Program-made: the position numbers and the translations under genes
Assembly: GCA_001724265.1 (NCBI GenBank)
Contig: MEDY01000046.1
Span: 1 to 64,000, forward strand
Direction of reading: 5' to 3'
Source of the DNA: Rhizaria sp. SCN 62-66
Lineage: Eukaryota
DNA: 64,000 nucleotides
In this document: positions 26,420-39,000 of the stretch, in pieces
How the letters are laid out: each line of letters opens with the position of its first letter
How positions within the stretch are numbered: position 1 is the first letter of the stretch
The notes under the pieces: generated by a model
What the model saw: only the letters and a program-made list of their open reading frames with translations
What the model was told of the DNA's origin: nothing
The model's database searches: none

Positions 26420-27394
26420 TCACTCGTCGCCATTGTCTGCGTCAATCTAGTCTTTCCCGTTCCCATTCTTGTTCAGATCGTCTTCGCCGTCATCGTCATC
26501 GTCGTCGACAACGCGGCGACCCAGGAGCCCGGCCATGTTATAGTGCGCGCGCCGCTTAAGCTCAAACGCGCGCTTCTCCGCCTCGGCCTCTTCGCGCTGC
26601 GCAGGCGTGAGTCCGTAAAACTCGTCCATCTCCTCGCCCTCGATATCATCGCCTTCACCGTCATCGTCGTCGTCGTTGCCGTCGTCGTCGCTGTCGTCGC
26701 TAGCGGGCGGCGTGTCCTCCGTCGCCACGCGCGCGCCCGCGTTGATGTCGCCACCGTGCTCGCTGTCTGCGGCGGGTGTGTTGGCCGCGAGGCGCGCGCG
26801 CTTGAGAGCCGACTTGACAGGCTTGCCGGTGGAGGTGAAGAGCTTCGGCATGCCGGCAGCGGTCGCGCACGCGCTGCGGTACTCCAAGTCGCCGCTGCCA
26901 ACCGTCACCGCGGTCACCGCGTCAAGCGTGGGGAGTTCCCCGACAAAGCAGCCCTCAGTGGCCGCGGGGGCCAAGGTCGCGGCGACTACGGCGGGCGAGC
27001 CGGTGCTGGAGCAGGTGGGCGCAAGCGCGGGCGAGTTTGACGCCGAGAGCGCGGGGGAGCCAGGCGCGTGGTATGGCGTCTTGGGCTCGTCGATGGTCAT
27101 GCGGGGGACCTTCTCAGATTCGTTGAGTGCAAGGTTGTCTTCGTCCCAGACGATTCCGGACGCGGGCGCGACGGCACGCTCGCTGCGGAGACATCGAGGG
27201 AAGAACCAAAGCATAAGAGAAGCAGTATGAAAGGAAGCACACAAAGGGTTAGTGTGAGGGACAGATAGAACAAAAATAGGCCCAATAAACACATTGAATA
27301 TGCGCATGACGATCAGTTGCATGGAAACGTACGGCTTATCAGCTGTGCTGGATTTGAGGATTGGGCGAGGCACGTTGCTTGCTTGCTCTGACAT
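26420..27394 (-). CDS. PPP1R2: Protein phosphatase 1 inhibitor-2 (Glc8 family); intron 27332-27183; in-frame TAG at 26449-26447 with true stop TGA at 26422-26420
   Basis: PILK (SILK-type motif), IVWDEDNL, IDEPKTPY and FELKRRAHYN are diagnostic. The 150-nt AT-rich GTACGT..gcag intron removes a spurious hydrophobic stretch. The acidic tail continues past TAG as IDADNGDE-TGA. Confidence 0.88.
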
Positions 27395-27789
27395 CTCGAA
27401 AGAACACTGCAGGGAATGTGTGATATTGAAGGATATTATGAGAGTTGAAGTGTATAATAAACGGAATATATAGAAATCACGTTATAAAATACGGATACAT
27501 CTATCATGCAACGAATAACGGATTTTGAAGTGCATTTATTTGATTGCTTTGATCACACAAAACGATATCCCGATTTTTGAAGACGCGTGTCGCGAACGCA
27601 TTTGTGGCCAGGCATAGCTTTGCCGATTTTCTCGACGATATCGGGATCTCATGCCACAGATTCAGAATACTGTCAGAATTAATACATGATGTTTACTTTA
27701 TTAAACAAGGAATCACAGAGACAATAATCAGCGGTCACGATCATCGACTAAATGTAGGTTACACATGATACGCAACAGTATCGGAGAAC

Positions 27790-30700
27790 TTAACCAGTGC
27801 CAGCAATGGGGTCCGCAACAGTAGCATCGCGCGTGGCTTCAACCATGCTGCCTGCACGCGCAAACCGAAGCAGCCGCGAGCGCTGCAGCGACGAGAACGT
27901 CTTCTGTGCGCGACTGTGTGCGAACACGGGGTGCGCGACGATGGCACGCGCGATGCGCTGCTTCCAGTCGAAGTTGAGCTTCAGATTTTCGTGCGACGAC
28001 GCGTCCAGCCTACAGAAAACATGAATAATAAAGAAGCAAGGAGCATCAATGTAAGATTAGGAGGTCATTAGCAACAGGTATGAGTGCGAATCAAAGGAAT
28101 GTGGAACGCGCATGTCACGGTCGCCAATGGGTTAAACGATGTTACGTACTCAGAAACAAGGAACGTCTCGAAAGTCTCGTGCTCGAGCAGAGCTATGACG
28201 CCCCACGTGTGTCCCGCCGCGGCCAGCAGCAGGTCTAGAGAGGCGAACTGTACGTCCTCAAGCACGGACCGCGCAGACTGTTTAGAATCATACGATACAT
28301 ACAAAAGTGACAAACAACGGTATACAGTTGAGGTGAGTGTAAAGCAAGAAAAGAAATCATTTTGAGAATGAGAAATGAACTAAGTTAAAAATGATGACGT
28401 GTAAAACCAATGGAATTCTGGGGTATACAGAGGCAGTGTGTTTGCGCTCGTAACGTACGCGCATGATGTGCGAGATGGCGTGCGGCAGCGCGGCGGCAAT
28501 ATCCGTCTCAACCCCCGCAGTCGCCTCAGCCTCGGCCCCAGCCGCGGCCGAGGACGCCGGCCAGGGCCCCGCAACGGCCTCTGGGTCCGCGGTCGCGGTG
28601 CGCACTGCGGCTGCGGCGCGCGCGAGGGCGGCGTCGGCCGGCGGCTGCGGCGCGGCGAGCAGCGAGAAGATGTACACCTGAGCGAGCGCCGCGGCCGCGT
28701 TGCCGGCGTGCACGGGCTTGAGCATGCTCGCGAGCGCGTGGTGCGCGGTGGCGCGGGTGTCATCGTCGAAAGCGAGCGCGAGACCCAACAAGGGCGCGAG
28801 CGGGGCCGACACAGTCACTGATCCACTTGAACTCGCGCTCGTGCTGCTGCTGAGGCCCCAGAGCAGGCCCTGAGGGGAGGCGCAGGCGGCAGCAATGGCG
28901 ACGGCAGTGGCCGACTGCAGCTGCGGCAGCCGTGCGTAGCCGCTGAGCAGCGCGGGCAGCGCATCCACGCACGCGTGCGCCGCGGAGGTCTCCGCGCCCG
29001 GCAGCAGCAGCGCCAGCGCGGGCACTGGACACGCGCGACTCGCTTCGGGACTGTTCGCGTTGACGGCGGCAGCGGTGTTGTTGGCGAGTGTGATGAGCTC
29101 GGTGAGCAGGCGGATGAGGTTGCCGGCAAGAAACACTGCGGGCACGGCAAACCGGCGCGTCTGGCGAGCGTACCAAAGGCCCACCACGGCGGCCGCGTCC
29201 TCCTCTGCGAGCGCGGCGCCTTCCTCCGAGACACGACTCTTGCGAGCGGCCGCAGCGGCAGTAAACTCACACAGCGCGCGCGCCACCGCAGCGGCCACGG
29301 CGTCGCCACCAGCACTGAGCGCGGGGACAGAGGTGGCGGCGGTGTGCGCGACGGCGGCGGTGAGCGCGGCGGCGGGCGGGAGCGCGGGGTCGAAGTCGCG
29401 CGCGTCAGTGTCCACGGCGAACGGGTTCGCGTCGGTTAACAGCGACATCAGCAGACGCTGCGGCACGCGCGCGGCGGAGAGGGAAGTTAAGCCGCGGGGC
29501 AGCGCCGCGAGAGCGCGCAGGTGCGTCTGCGCGGTCAGTGAGGTGAGCGGGTCAGTCTCATCCTGCTGCTCCTGCTCAAGGTCACTGCTGCTGCTGGTGG
29601 CGAACGCGAGGTCTGCGAGCGCAGTGACAACGCCCATAGTAGAGAGGCGGACCTGCACTGCGGCGGCACGGTCGGCGCACTCAACGCCGTCGACAACTGT
29701 GATAATGCCAGAGCTGGCGCCGCTCGCCACGACGCCGGGAGTCAGCGTGACAGTTGGCGTGGCACCGACGCTGCTGCTGGTACTCTTGGCATTAGCGGCC
29801 GCGGTGGCTGCAGCAAGGTAGAGATCGAAGAGGCGGAGACGGAACACTTCGGTTTCAACGCCCAGCGGACTCGTGGCGCTCGCAGCATCGCTCGCAGAGC
29901 CCTTAAGGGCCGCGGCCTCTGAGGCCGTGAGGGGCTGTCCACTTGCGTTGACGGGGGTGTCGCTGTCTGCGCTACCGTGGGCCGCCACGAGCGCACGGAA
30001 CGCAGCGGGCTCGGTAATGCGGACCGCGGACACCGGCAGCGGGTGCTGCTCGTTGGCATTCGCGCTGGATGGGGCTGTGATGGGGTTGCCGCAGAGAGCT
30101 GCGTAGGAGGACTGGAGGAAGATACGCGTCGGCACGAACTATAAACACACAGAGATTGAACAAAAGCGCAGGTTTAGAGAGTAAATCTACAATTACAAAA
30201 TGAATCATGTTGGGCATGCACAAACATGCTAGTGACATTATGTGAGCCCAAGATATCATAGCATATATCCTTTGTTTTGGGCTTTCGACGTACTTCGTTC
30301 AGCGCGGAGTCGTGCGCAATGAGTGCGCAGATGGCATGGAAGTCCTCCGTGTCACACCAACGGCAGCGATCCAGCAGCGTCGCGTACACCTCAGCTGGCA
30401 GGCGCCAGCGCGGTACCGCGTCAGCCGCGACGGCGGCGGTGGCGGCTGTGTCAGAGTCGGCCATTGCGGAGGGCTGCTGCTGCTGAAATGTGAGCGCGTG
30501 CGTCAGACCGTCGAGCAGGAGCCGGAGCACGGCGCTGGGGCTGTTGCGCAGCAGCGGAAGCAGCGCCGAGACGGTGTCCGTAGAACGCAGGTTGTCGAGC
30601 CCGACGGTGGAGCTGAAAACGCGCGCAGCGGTGCGGCGCATAGTGTCGGCGAGCATCAAGTCGTCGGCCGAGTCCTCGGTCTGCATCGACAGCAGCTCCA

Positions 30701-30821
30701 GCAGCGTCGAGAAGCCACCCAGGTCGGAGATAAAGGTCGATACGGACTCATTCAGAGCGGTCGCGGCCATAGGGCGAGCACTGGGCTCGAGGAAGCGCTG
30801 AAAGGCGTCAGTCAGGTCCAT
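27790..30821 (-). CDS. 26S proteasome assembly chaperone PSMD5/S5b (Hsm3)-like; exons 30821-30294, 30138-28459, 28277-28150, 28009-27790
   Basis: Three GTACGT..AG introns give one open frame. C-terminus (QFASLDLLLAAAGHTWG..FETFL..DWKQRIARAI..RLLRFARAG) parallels the PSMD5 C-terminus. Helical, Leu-rich. Stop TAA. Confidence 0.6.
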
Positions 30822-31239
30822 CAGCGGTCTGATGTTCGGGAAGAGGGTCAGCAGGACGAGTTGGTTAGTTCAGTATTGGGTTCTCGCTCAGTTGATCGTC
30901 AAAGCGATTGCTGCTTTCGAAGCATATTTTAATATCGCACATTATATATTTTCCGTTGATTATCTATCATCGCATGTTGTTCAACAACCAGAAGAGCGTT
31001 GTTTCCATCGAATCCCTGAGCTTCCCGCCCGTTGCCCAAACCATTCTGTGGTGGTGACGTCAAAGTCGCGCATACACTTGAGAATCGAGATGCTAAGAAA
31101 TGCACAATTGCTTTTCGGATACCCACCAAATTAAAATAATTGCATGTTCTCTTATGTTCCCGTCTCACGCTAACTGTCACGTGGTACACCTTGTTCAACA
31201 TTTTCTAACGGTTTTGCACGCGCTTTTGCCTGCTGAAGT

Positions 31240-31989
31240 ATGCAATCACCGAAGACGACCCCGTCCAAGGGGGCGCGTCCCACGACACTCTCTGTCGCGT
31301 CCCCGACCGCGCGTCCCGTGCATGGGACACCCTCAGCCCGCGCCCCCGTCTCGTCCACGTCTGCCAGCGCCGCGCCCGCGCGCACCCCCACCCGCGCCCC
31401 CGCTGCTTCTGGCGCTGCGTCCGCGTCTAGTTTGACATCCCCATCGTCCCAGCAGCCCCGCGCCGCCGCGCGCCCCCCGCTGTCCTCGCCCACGGGCTCT
31501 GCCAAGCCCGCCGCGCCGAGCGCCGCGAAGCCCCGGCCCCCGCTCGCCTCCCCAGTCGCATCGCGCCCCGCCAGTCACACCTCCTCGTCTGCCACTGCCA
31601 CTGCCGCTGGTGCTGGCGGTGGCGCTGCCCGCGCTGCTCCGGGGACTCCGCAGCGCAAGCCCGCGCCGTCCTCCTCCTTCGGCGCTACTTCCACCCCGTC
31701 GCGCCCCGGTCCCAGCCCCGCTAGTCCGGGCCCCAACAACACTGGTGCTGCAACTGCGCCCCGTTCCCCCTCGAGCTCCGGCGCGTCCCGCCCCCGCTCC
31801 CCCGCCGGTGCCGGCGCTGCGTCGCGCCCGCGCTCCCCCGGCGGCTCCGCGCGGCCGCGGTCGCCGGGCGGCGTTGACATCCCTGATGAGCACCAAGGTG
31901 ACCGGCTGGTGGCGCGGAAGCACCGGCGCCAAAGCAGCCACTCGAGCATGATGGCGCTCTTCGAGGCAGAGTTGCAGTCAACTGAGTGA
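31240..31989 (+). CDS. Hypothetical Ser/Pro/Arg-rich disordered protein with SRPRSP repeats
   Basis: GC-rich ORF between AT-rich flanks; PRSP x4 near the C-terminus. No family recognised. Confidence 0.55.
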   Translation: MQSPKTTPSKGARPTTLSVASPTARPVHGTPSARAPVSSTSASAAPARTPTRAPAASGAASASSLTSPSSQQPRAAARPPLSSPTGSAKPAAPSAAKPRPPLASPVASRPASHTSSSATATAAGAGGGAARAAPGTPQRKPAPSSSFGATSTPSRPGPSPASPGPNNTGAATAPRSPSSSGASRPRSPAGAGAASRPRSPGGSARPRSPGGVDIPDEHQGDRLVARKHRRQSSHSSMMALFEAELQSTE

Positions 31990-32468
31990 GTATATGCTCA
32001 TTTGCTGTTGTTGCCGCATAGCTAGTTGACTGCGTGTATATGGTTGTGATTTTATGTGGACTCCTCTGATTTGTGGTGCTGCACGTTCTCTTTTGTGTCG
32101 TTTTGTGATTGCTTAAAATGAACGGCCTGATTGACTTCGTAAACACGCACTTGATTTATTAACAAACGAGAAAAAACAAAGTTTGTCAATACAACTTTAC
32201 ACGATCCTTCAAAAATATATTTGGATTTTGTTCTCATGATACTCGAAAGTATGTTTTTTTAAATGTGAACTTACACTCGCTTGTCAGTAGCTATCTATAA
32301 TGTTATATTCAAAGCGAGATTAGCGACGTTGCAAAATGCAACGGCGCTATTCTTGCATCAGACTATTCTGATTTCAGGTTTGCTTTTCTTGTGTTTCATA
32401 CGTTTTTTACATCTTACCCGTAGCAATCTTACTGCCGTGGCTCCGTATCTGGCTCATGGCTCGCCCAC

Positions 32469-33098
32469 TTACCGCTCACGCGAGCGCGCCCGGATGCTGC
32501 TCAGCGTGCGGTCAACCGCAACACTGTGGACGGCCGTGGGCGGCGGCTCCTTGAGCTCCGCCGCGGTCTGGCGCGCGTGGATGATGTCGTTGACGCGCTG
32601 CTTGTCCTCGCGCGAGAGCTCGTGCGTAGTGCGCAGCGCCGCTGCGGCGCCCACCTGGCCCCCACTCACTGCGCGCACGAGGCGTTCGCGGCGGCCGCGG
32701 AACAACGGCTTCGGATGTGCAGCGCCAGGAGGGTGGTGACCGAGGTTTACACTGGGTTGACCAGTACGACTGCGTTGGTCTCGGTCGGAGCGGGTCACCG
32801 CACGGAACTCGGGCGTGAGCGAGGCAGCAAGCCAAGGCGGGTTGGCGGAGGAGCGGAGGTCCGCGGCGAAGAAGTTGCTGCCAACGACGCGGTCGATAAC
32901 GCTCTGCACGCGAGGCGAGTGCGCGTCGCTGTAAGGGTAGCCCATGCGCTCCGCGACGTCACGCGCATGCACGATCGACGACAGAAGCAGCTTGCCCTCA
33001 TTAGGCAAATTGTCCTTAAAGCGCAGGGCGCCTGCCTCTTTGATTTGCGACGAAGAGGCGCGGATCGCGTTGCGTGGGCGCTGGAGGGACGACTACAT
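32469..33098 (-). CDS. Hypothetical protein; possible start ATG-TAG at 33098-33093
   Basis: GC-rich frame extends upstream of the ORF-track start (TTG 33008) without stops to TAG 33095-33093, directly preceded by ATG. That TAG could alternatively be a splice acceptor. Confidence 0.45.
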
Positions 33099-33652
33099 AG
33101 AAGTCTACCCAAGCGTTTGATCGGCAACTACACGTTCACAGAAAACAATAAGGAAGGAGGGTTGATTTGAAGTTAAGCAGAACCGGATTTCTTACTATTC
33201 GAGAACATTTAAGTCATACACGACATATTTTTAAGTTCAAATGTACATGTACCGTGGCGTGCTTGCTTGTGGCAAGGCTTTTCAGTTGCAACTTAAAAAG
33301 AATAACGAACTTGTGGTCACAAAGTAAAACAGTGCATATTTTCTCATAGGCAGCGTTACCAAATAAGCGTATTTAAGTAACACGTTATGCCACTTATAAG
33401 GTGTATTAAAAGACGTGTTGCTGTGCATGGCGACAAAGAAGCATGTGGAATAACTCAGTGCACTGGTCGAGACAAGGGTATATGTTCACACCCAATACAA
33501 TAACGGTTAGTTCTATCGCTGAGATGGAAACACAAACAGCATTCGGAGTTTTGCCGGACTGTTCCCACCCCGAGCAACGGCTTAACGCCATTTGAAGCTG
33601 AACCAGCATGCTCCCACACGCAGTGTTCTCTCAGTGTTGGCATCGACAGCAC

Positions 33653-33994
33653 TCATGTCGACTCCCCACGGTCAGCCTTCTCGTCCTCACCCACTATGGC
33701 GACTGTCTTGATAGGCTTGACGAGTAATTCGGTGACACTGTGGGCGCTGTTTGCAACACTGCTGCCGCTGCTACTGCTGATACTGCTGCTACTGGTTGTT
33801 GCTGTGTAGGGCGTACTGGTGCCGATCGCGGGCGATTTGTCGATAGAAGCGATCAAGAGATCACTGCTTGTAACGTTACTTGCACGAAGGGCAATCGCCT
33901 TGCCTGTGAGTGCAAAGTCAGGACTAGAGTAGTTGGTGGTCGTTGACATGTTGGCAATGTAGGCGTGGTCTCCGAGGCGTTCAGAGGGCTCCAT
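33653..33994 (-). CDS. Small hypothetical Ser/Thr-rich protein
   Basis: 113-aa ATG..TGA ORF with modestly higher GC than its flanks; no motif. Confidence 0.3.
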   Translation of the reverse strand: MEPSERLGDHAYIANMSTTTNYSSPDFALTGKAIALRASNVTSSDLLIASIDKSPAIGTSTPYTATTSSSSISSSSGSSVANSAHSVTELLVKPIKTVAIVGEDEKADRGEST

Positions 33995-34395
33995 AGAAAT
34001 CTAAGGCGGGAAGGGAGATCCAGTAGGAAATGAGTTGGGTCAGAAAGTATAATTGACGAGTCAGGATTATCTCAATGCAAACCAACTTTTAATTGTCAAT
34101 TTTGCTCGAACAGCTGTTTTAATAGGCAAGAATGAGACCGATCCAAAATCTGCCTGCTTTTCACTTGCGACTTGAAGTCAAAGGCAAGTTCGTGGTAATT
34201 TTGGAACTCTTGATGGTTTGAGGCAAATGAATGGCAGCTACACGATCTAACAAAGCCTGAAGTCAAGTAATACATTCTTGAAGAGTTGCATTGTATTTCA
34301 AAGCTAAATGTTAGGCTTCACGGATCACACAGAACAACAAGGGCATCGCACTCGAGCGACGCAAACAAACTGAAGCAGTAACCGGCGCTGCCGCT

Positions 34396-35430
34396 TTACC
34401 GCGCACCGAGGCAGGTGCGACCAGCATCAATCTTAACCGTGTCACCGGTGATCCACTTGGCCTTGTCGGAGGCGAGGAAAGCGATGAGCTCGCCGACGTC
34501 GCCCGGCTGCGGCAGCGCACCACGGTTGAGCGCGAGAGGGTGGGTCACCTGCTGCGAGCGCTCGAGAAACTTCTCGTACGCCTCGTCGCTCATACCTGCG
34601 CAACGAGGTACGGAGATCAACAAACATAAAGAGATGAGCGACTGGGTTTTGACAGACAGAGTATATCGTTCTCATATCTGATTCAATAATAATCTTACGC
34701 TCTAGCGAAGCATGAGAGAAGCGGGACGTACCACCAGTCTTCTGGAGGGGGGTGACGATGAGGCCTGGGTTGACGCAGTTGGCGCGGATCTTAAAGGGCG
34801 CAAGGTCGACCGCAGCGCACTTGGTGAGCATGTCGACGGCAGCCTTAGATGCGCAGTCTGTGAGTATGTGAGTAGCAATGAGAGGAACTTGATTAATGAG
34901 CATGGATGATGAGTGAAAGGGAATCAAATCTAAGGACAACAAAGGATGACGAAAAGAGCAAGCGCGAAAAACGTACACGCAGCAACGCCGCCAAAGGACT
35001 GCATGCCGTTGACGGAGGAGACGTTGATGATGGAGGTGCCGTCCTCGTTCTTCTTGAGCTGCGGAATTGCGTGCTGCATCATCTCGAACACGGCCTTGGT
35101 GTTGGCCGCGAACGTCTCGTTGAAACTCGCAAGAGTCGTGTTGTCAATGGTGCCGGCGCGAAGAATGCCGGCGCAGTTAACGAGCGTGGTGAGCCCGCCC
35201 AGCTGCTCGACCGCGGACGCCACGGCGGTCTCGCACGCACCGTCGGCAGTGAGGTCGGCGACAACGAAGCTGCAGCCGCACTCCTGCTGCAGAGCCTCAA
35301 GAGCGGCCTTGTTGCGGCCAATCGCGCACACAGTGGCACCCTCCTTAACCATCTCAAGGACGCTGCCGCGGCCGATGCCAGAGGACCCACCGGTGACGAT
35401 AACCTTCTTACCATCGAGGAGCTTGGACAT
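34396..35430 (-). CDS. Classical short-chain dehydrogenase/reductase (FabG-like); introns 34976-34858 and 34731-34596
   Basis: TGGSSGIG cofactor motif, VNCAG, NVSS, YCASK catalytic motif formed across the splice junction (T|AC), NCVNPG, WITG..IDAG. Stop TAA. Confidence 0.93.
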
Positions 35431-36017
35431 GTTGAACTTACTGTATCGCACAGTGAAGCTAGATTGTGAGAGATTTTCATGGAGTTGCACATCTTAATTA
35501 AAGATTATTATTTTTTGATTATTTTACAGTCACATAAAGCCATCAACGGCCAACTTAACGATTGAATTTCCGCGATATGCCCAGATAGTGTTTGACAACG
35601 TCGACCTTGAAACACCATCACCAGTCACCATGGTCATGACCAGTGACTGAAAGAGGAACCAACAAAATGGGAGCATATCATTCTGCGATTAAATATTCAA
35701 ATATGATCTCTGAGAATATATTTGGGGGTCAAATACTAATATACTATGGCTTATATTTTTCAAAACATCGTTAATTTGCGAGTTTACAGAGCAAAGCATA
35801 ACATTTTCGACTCGTTGGGTGCTTCAGCTCTCTAGTACATTACAGATCGCTTCAATATCATTGTACAAACATGCATTTCCCACTATAACTATAGATCCAA
35901 GTGTATCACCATACCATGCACGTGACTTCAAGTCACTACATCTATGTCCGTTACTTTCACTCAATATTTGTTCTCTTTCCATAATGTTACTCTACATCAG
36001 AGGCCCGCGTCACCACC

Positions 36018-39000
36018 TCACTGGCGCCCGCGCCCGCGCCCGCCGGGGCTCGCCGCGCCCGACTCGCTGGCAGAGGAGAAATCCCCAGTGTACCTCCGCT
36101 TCTTACCTCCCATGGCAACCGCGCCCGCGCCGGCGCCGTCCCGGCCCTTGTGGCCGCTGGCGCCGCGGCCGCGCATTGGCGACGCAGGCTGCGACCGCGA
36201 CGCTGACCCCGAGCCAGAGCCGGAGCCAGAGCCAGACTCCTCGCTGACCCTCTCCAGCGCCGCCGCCGCCGCTGAGAAACCACCGCGACCGTGAGCAATG
36301 GGGGGGGCGGGGCTGGGGCGCGGGCTCGCTATGCCCCTACTAGAGCTGCGGCTGGGTCGGCCCATAACAGCAATGGCGCCGGCGCCAGCGCCAGAACCAG
36401 CGACCGCGCCAGTTCTAGCGCCAGCGCCTGCGCCGCCGCTAGCGCTTGTGCCTGCGCCGGCGCTCGTGCGCGTGCTTGATGCGGCACTGGCGGCGCTGGC
36501 GCGGCGCTGCTTGCCGTCGCCGGGCGGCGTCCAGCGCGGCCCGCGCGCGATGAAGATGGGCGCGAACGCGCTGGTCTGCTGCACCGACACAAACCCCATG
36601 GCCCGCAGCGCGAGCAGTTGCACAAACGACACGGCGACGTCGGTCGCGGTCAGCGCGCCTGCGCCCGCGGGGCCCGCCGCGCGGACGAGCGCATCGTGCA
36701 GCGTTACCGCAGCGGTACCCATGGGTCCCGTGGGACCCGCGGGGGCAGAGGTACCGGCGGTGGCGTCGGCTGCGGAGAGGGCGCGGTGCAGGATGCGGTG
36801 GAAAGTGTGAGTCGCGCGCGTCATGATCGCGTCGTGCGCACTGGCGGTGGCTGCTGCGGCGACGGCAGCGGCGGCGCGGGCCTCGGCCGTGGGGCGGCCT
36901 TCGCTGTCGACATCGGGCCCGGCGAGCGAGATATCGGTCGCCAGCAGGATGCCCTCGGACGGGATCTGAGAGAAGTTCGCCAGTGACACGTCGCCAAACG
37001 ATGGGCCCAGGTCGACGCCGCCCATCGCGGGCGCGTTGGAGATTGAGAACACACCGGCGCCCGGACCGAGGCCGACGCCAGTCTGCACGTCCCCGAAATG
37101 CTCACGGTCACCTTCACCCTCACCGGCTCCGAAGACGTCAGATGACGCGGCGAATGAAAAGTCGCCCTGGCCGAGTCCGCTCTGGTTTGACGCCATCGAG
37201 AGGCGGTCTGAGGCCGCGCGGCGCTGCTCCGCTGCGTCAAATCCCACCGAGGCCGCGAACGACACATCACCACCGGCGGCTGCAGCCATGTCTTCGTCTA
37301 ACGGCAGGAAGCCTCCGTCGTCGTACTGTTGATGCTGGGCGTAGTCGTCGTGCTGTTGCTGCTTGTATTGCGCGGTGGACGTGTCCTCTTCTTCCTCGTC
37401 GCCATACACTGCACTAACGTCCAGCATTGACCGATACGCCCCCGCAACACCGGCGCCAGCGCGAGCAGTTGAAACAGCGGGCGTTGGGCGGATATAGCCC
37501 TGGTGGTCGAGCCCAGCCGCTGCGAGCGCCAGAACGGCGGCCGCTGGCCCCACAAGCGCTGTCGGGTACATCCCGCTCCATGGCGCGGACTGCAGAGTCA
37601 GCGCCGCTGGCGGCAGCGGCAGCGCGGCGACGGCGGCGTCGGCGGCGCCCAGCGGCGGCGCGCGCTGGCGGAGCGCGCCGTAGGGGCGAATCAACGCGGA
37701 TGGATCCGTGATGGCAGCATTCATCGCAGCGTCGGTCAGCTGCGTGCGCGCGTCTTGCTTCATTAGCGACACGGCGGCAGAGGCGGCGGAGGCGGAGGCC
37801 AGGCGGGAGCGTTTGGGCACGGGACCTGTCACGGTAGCGGCGGCCTGCGCGGCGGCTAGCGCGGCGGCCGCCGCGGACGCGGGGGACAAGGGCGCGCCGC
37901 CGGCACCGGCAGCGGTGGCGGCAGCGGCGGATGAAGGGGACTACGGGGCAGCGACCAGCAAACCCTATGTGAACAAGTCGGAATCGGAGATATAATGATT
38001 TAGTGAGATTTCATTGCAATAAATAACATAATTTCGTGGTATCGACATAAAAGCAGTCAGGGCATGAACAAATCGATATGTTAGTTTGCGTGTCAGTAAG
38101 GTAGTCCAAAATAGTGACATACGCGTCGCGCAGCGGCTGCAAGCTGTTCATCATCGAGCCCCGCCTCTGCCGCCGCAGCGGCGCGCTCGGCGGTGGCGGC
38201 GTCATAGTCTACGTCGTCAAGCCCGATGTCGAGCCCGAAGGTGTTGAGCGCGTGCAGCCTCTTACGGCTCCGCGCTGCCGCAGCGGCGGCGGCCACTTCG
38301 CTGCTGGAGAGCGCGGCGGCGTAGGCGTGTTCACTGGCCTCAGCGACCGCGGCGTCGGCCATCTCCATCGCCTCGTGGAACGCGTCTTCATGTGTACCCT
38401 CACGTGTACTGTCACGGGTACCCGCAGCAGCGGCGCTGGAGCCGGGGAGGGGGCCGAGGAGGCCCTCAGTGGCGTCGCCCAGTAACGCGTACGGGTCATA
38501 CCCACCCATCTGTGCAGCCCACAGTGGAAACAAATAGCAACAAACAATATGATTTTAGTAAGTTGAAACTAAGAAACGTCCATCAAACATAGATAAAGTT
38601 TAGATACAGTTGGTTTCAAGTTGTTGTGAAAGATTCATTCTTCAAGTTAGCTTAAGCGAAACGTACGTCGAACTCGTCCATGCCGCCGTCACCGATGCCG
38701 CCGAAGCCCGCTGCTCCGAACGCCGCGTCCAAGTCTAGCCCCATGCCAGCAGCGTCTTCGGGGCCCACCCCGCGCTGCGCCGACAGCCGGCGCGCGGCAG
38801 CAGCCGCAGCGGCGCCCTGGCCGGCTCGCGCGCCCGGGACGGCGGCGGCGAGCGCGTCGACGTCGACGTCCGCCAGCAGCAGGTCGCCGGCGGCTGCGAG
38901 GTCGTACAGCGCGTGCTCATCAACACCCACAGCCACACCGGCAGCACCAGCTGCGGTAGCCGCGGCATCAAGTGAGGCCGCGTCGGCGACGTGCGCGGAG

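Noticed and set aside
27183-27332. Hydrophobic TM-like stretch in the ORF-track inhibitor-2 protein
   Set aside because: It is a frame-preserving 150-nt GTACGT..AG intron.
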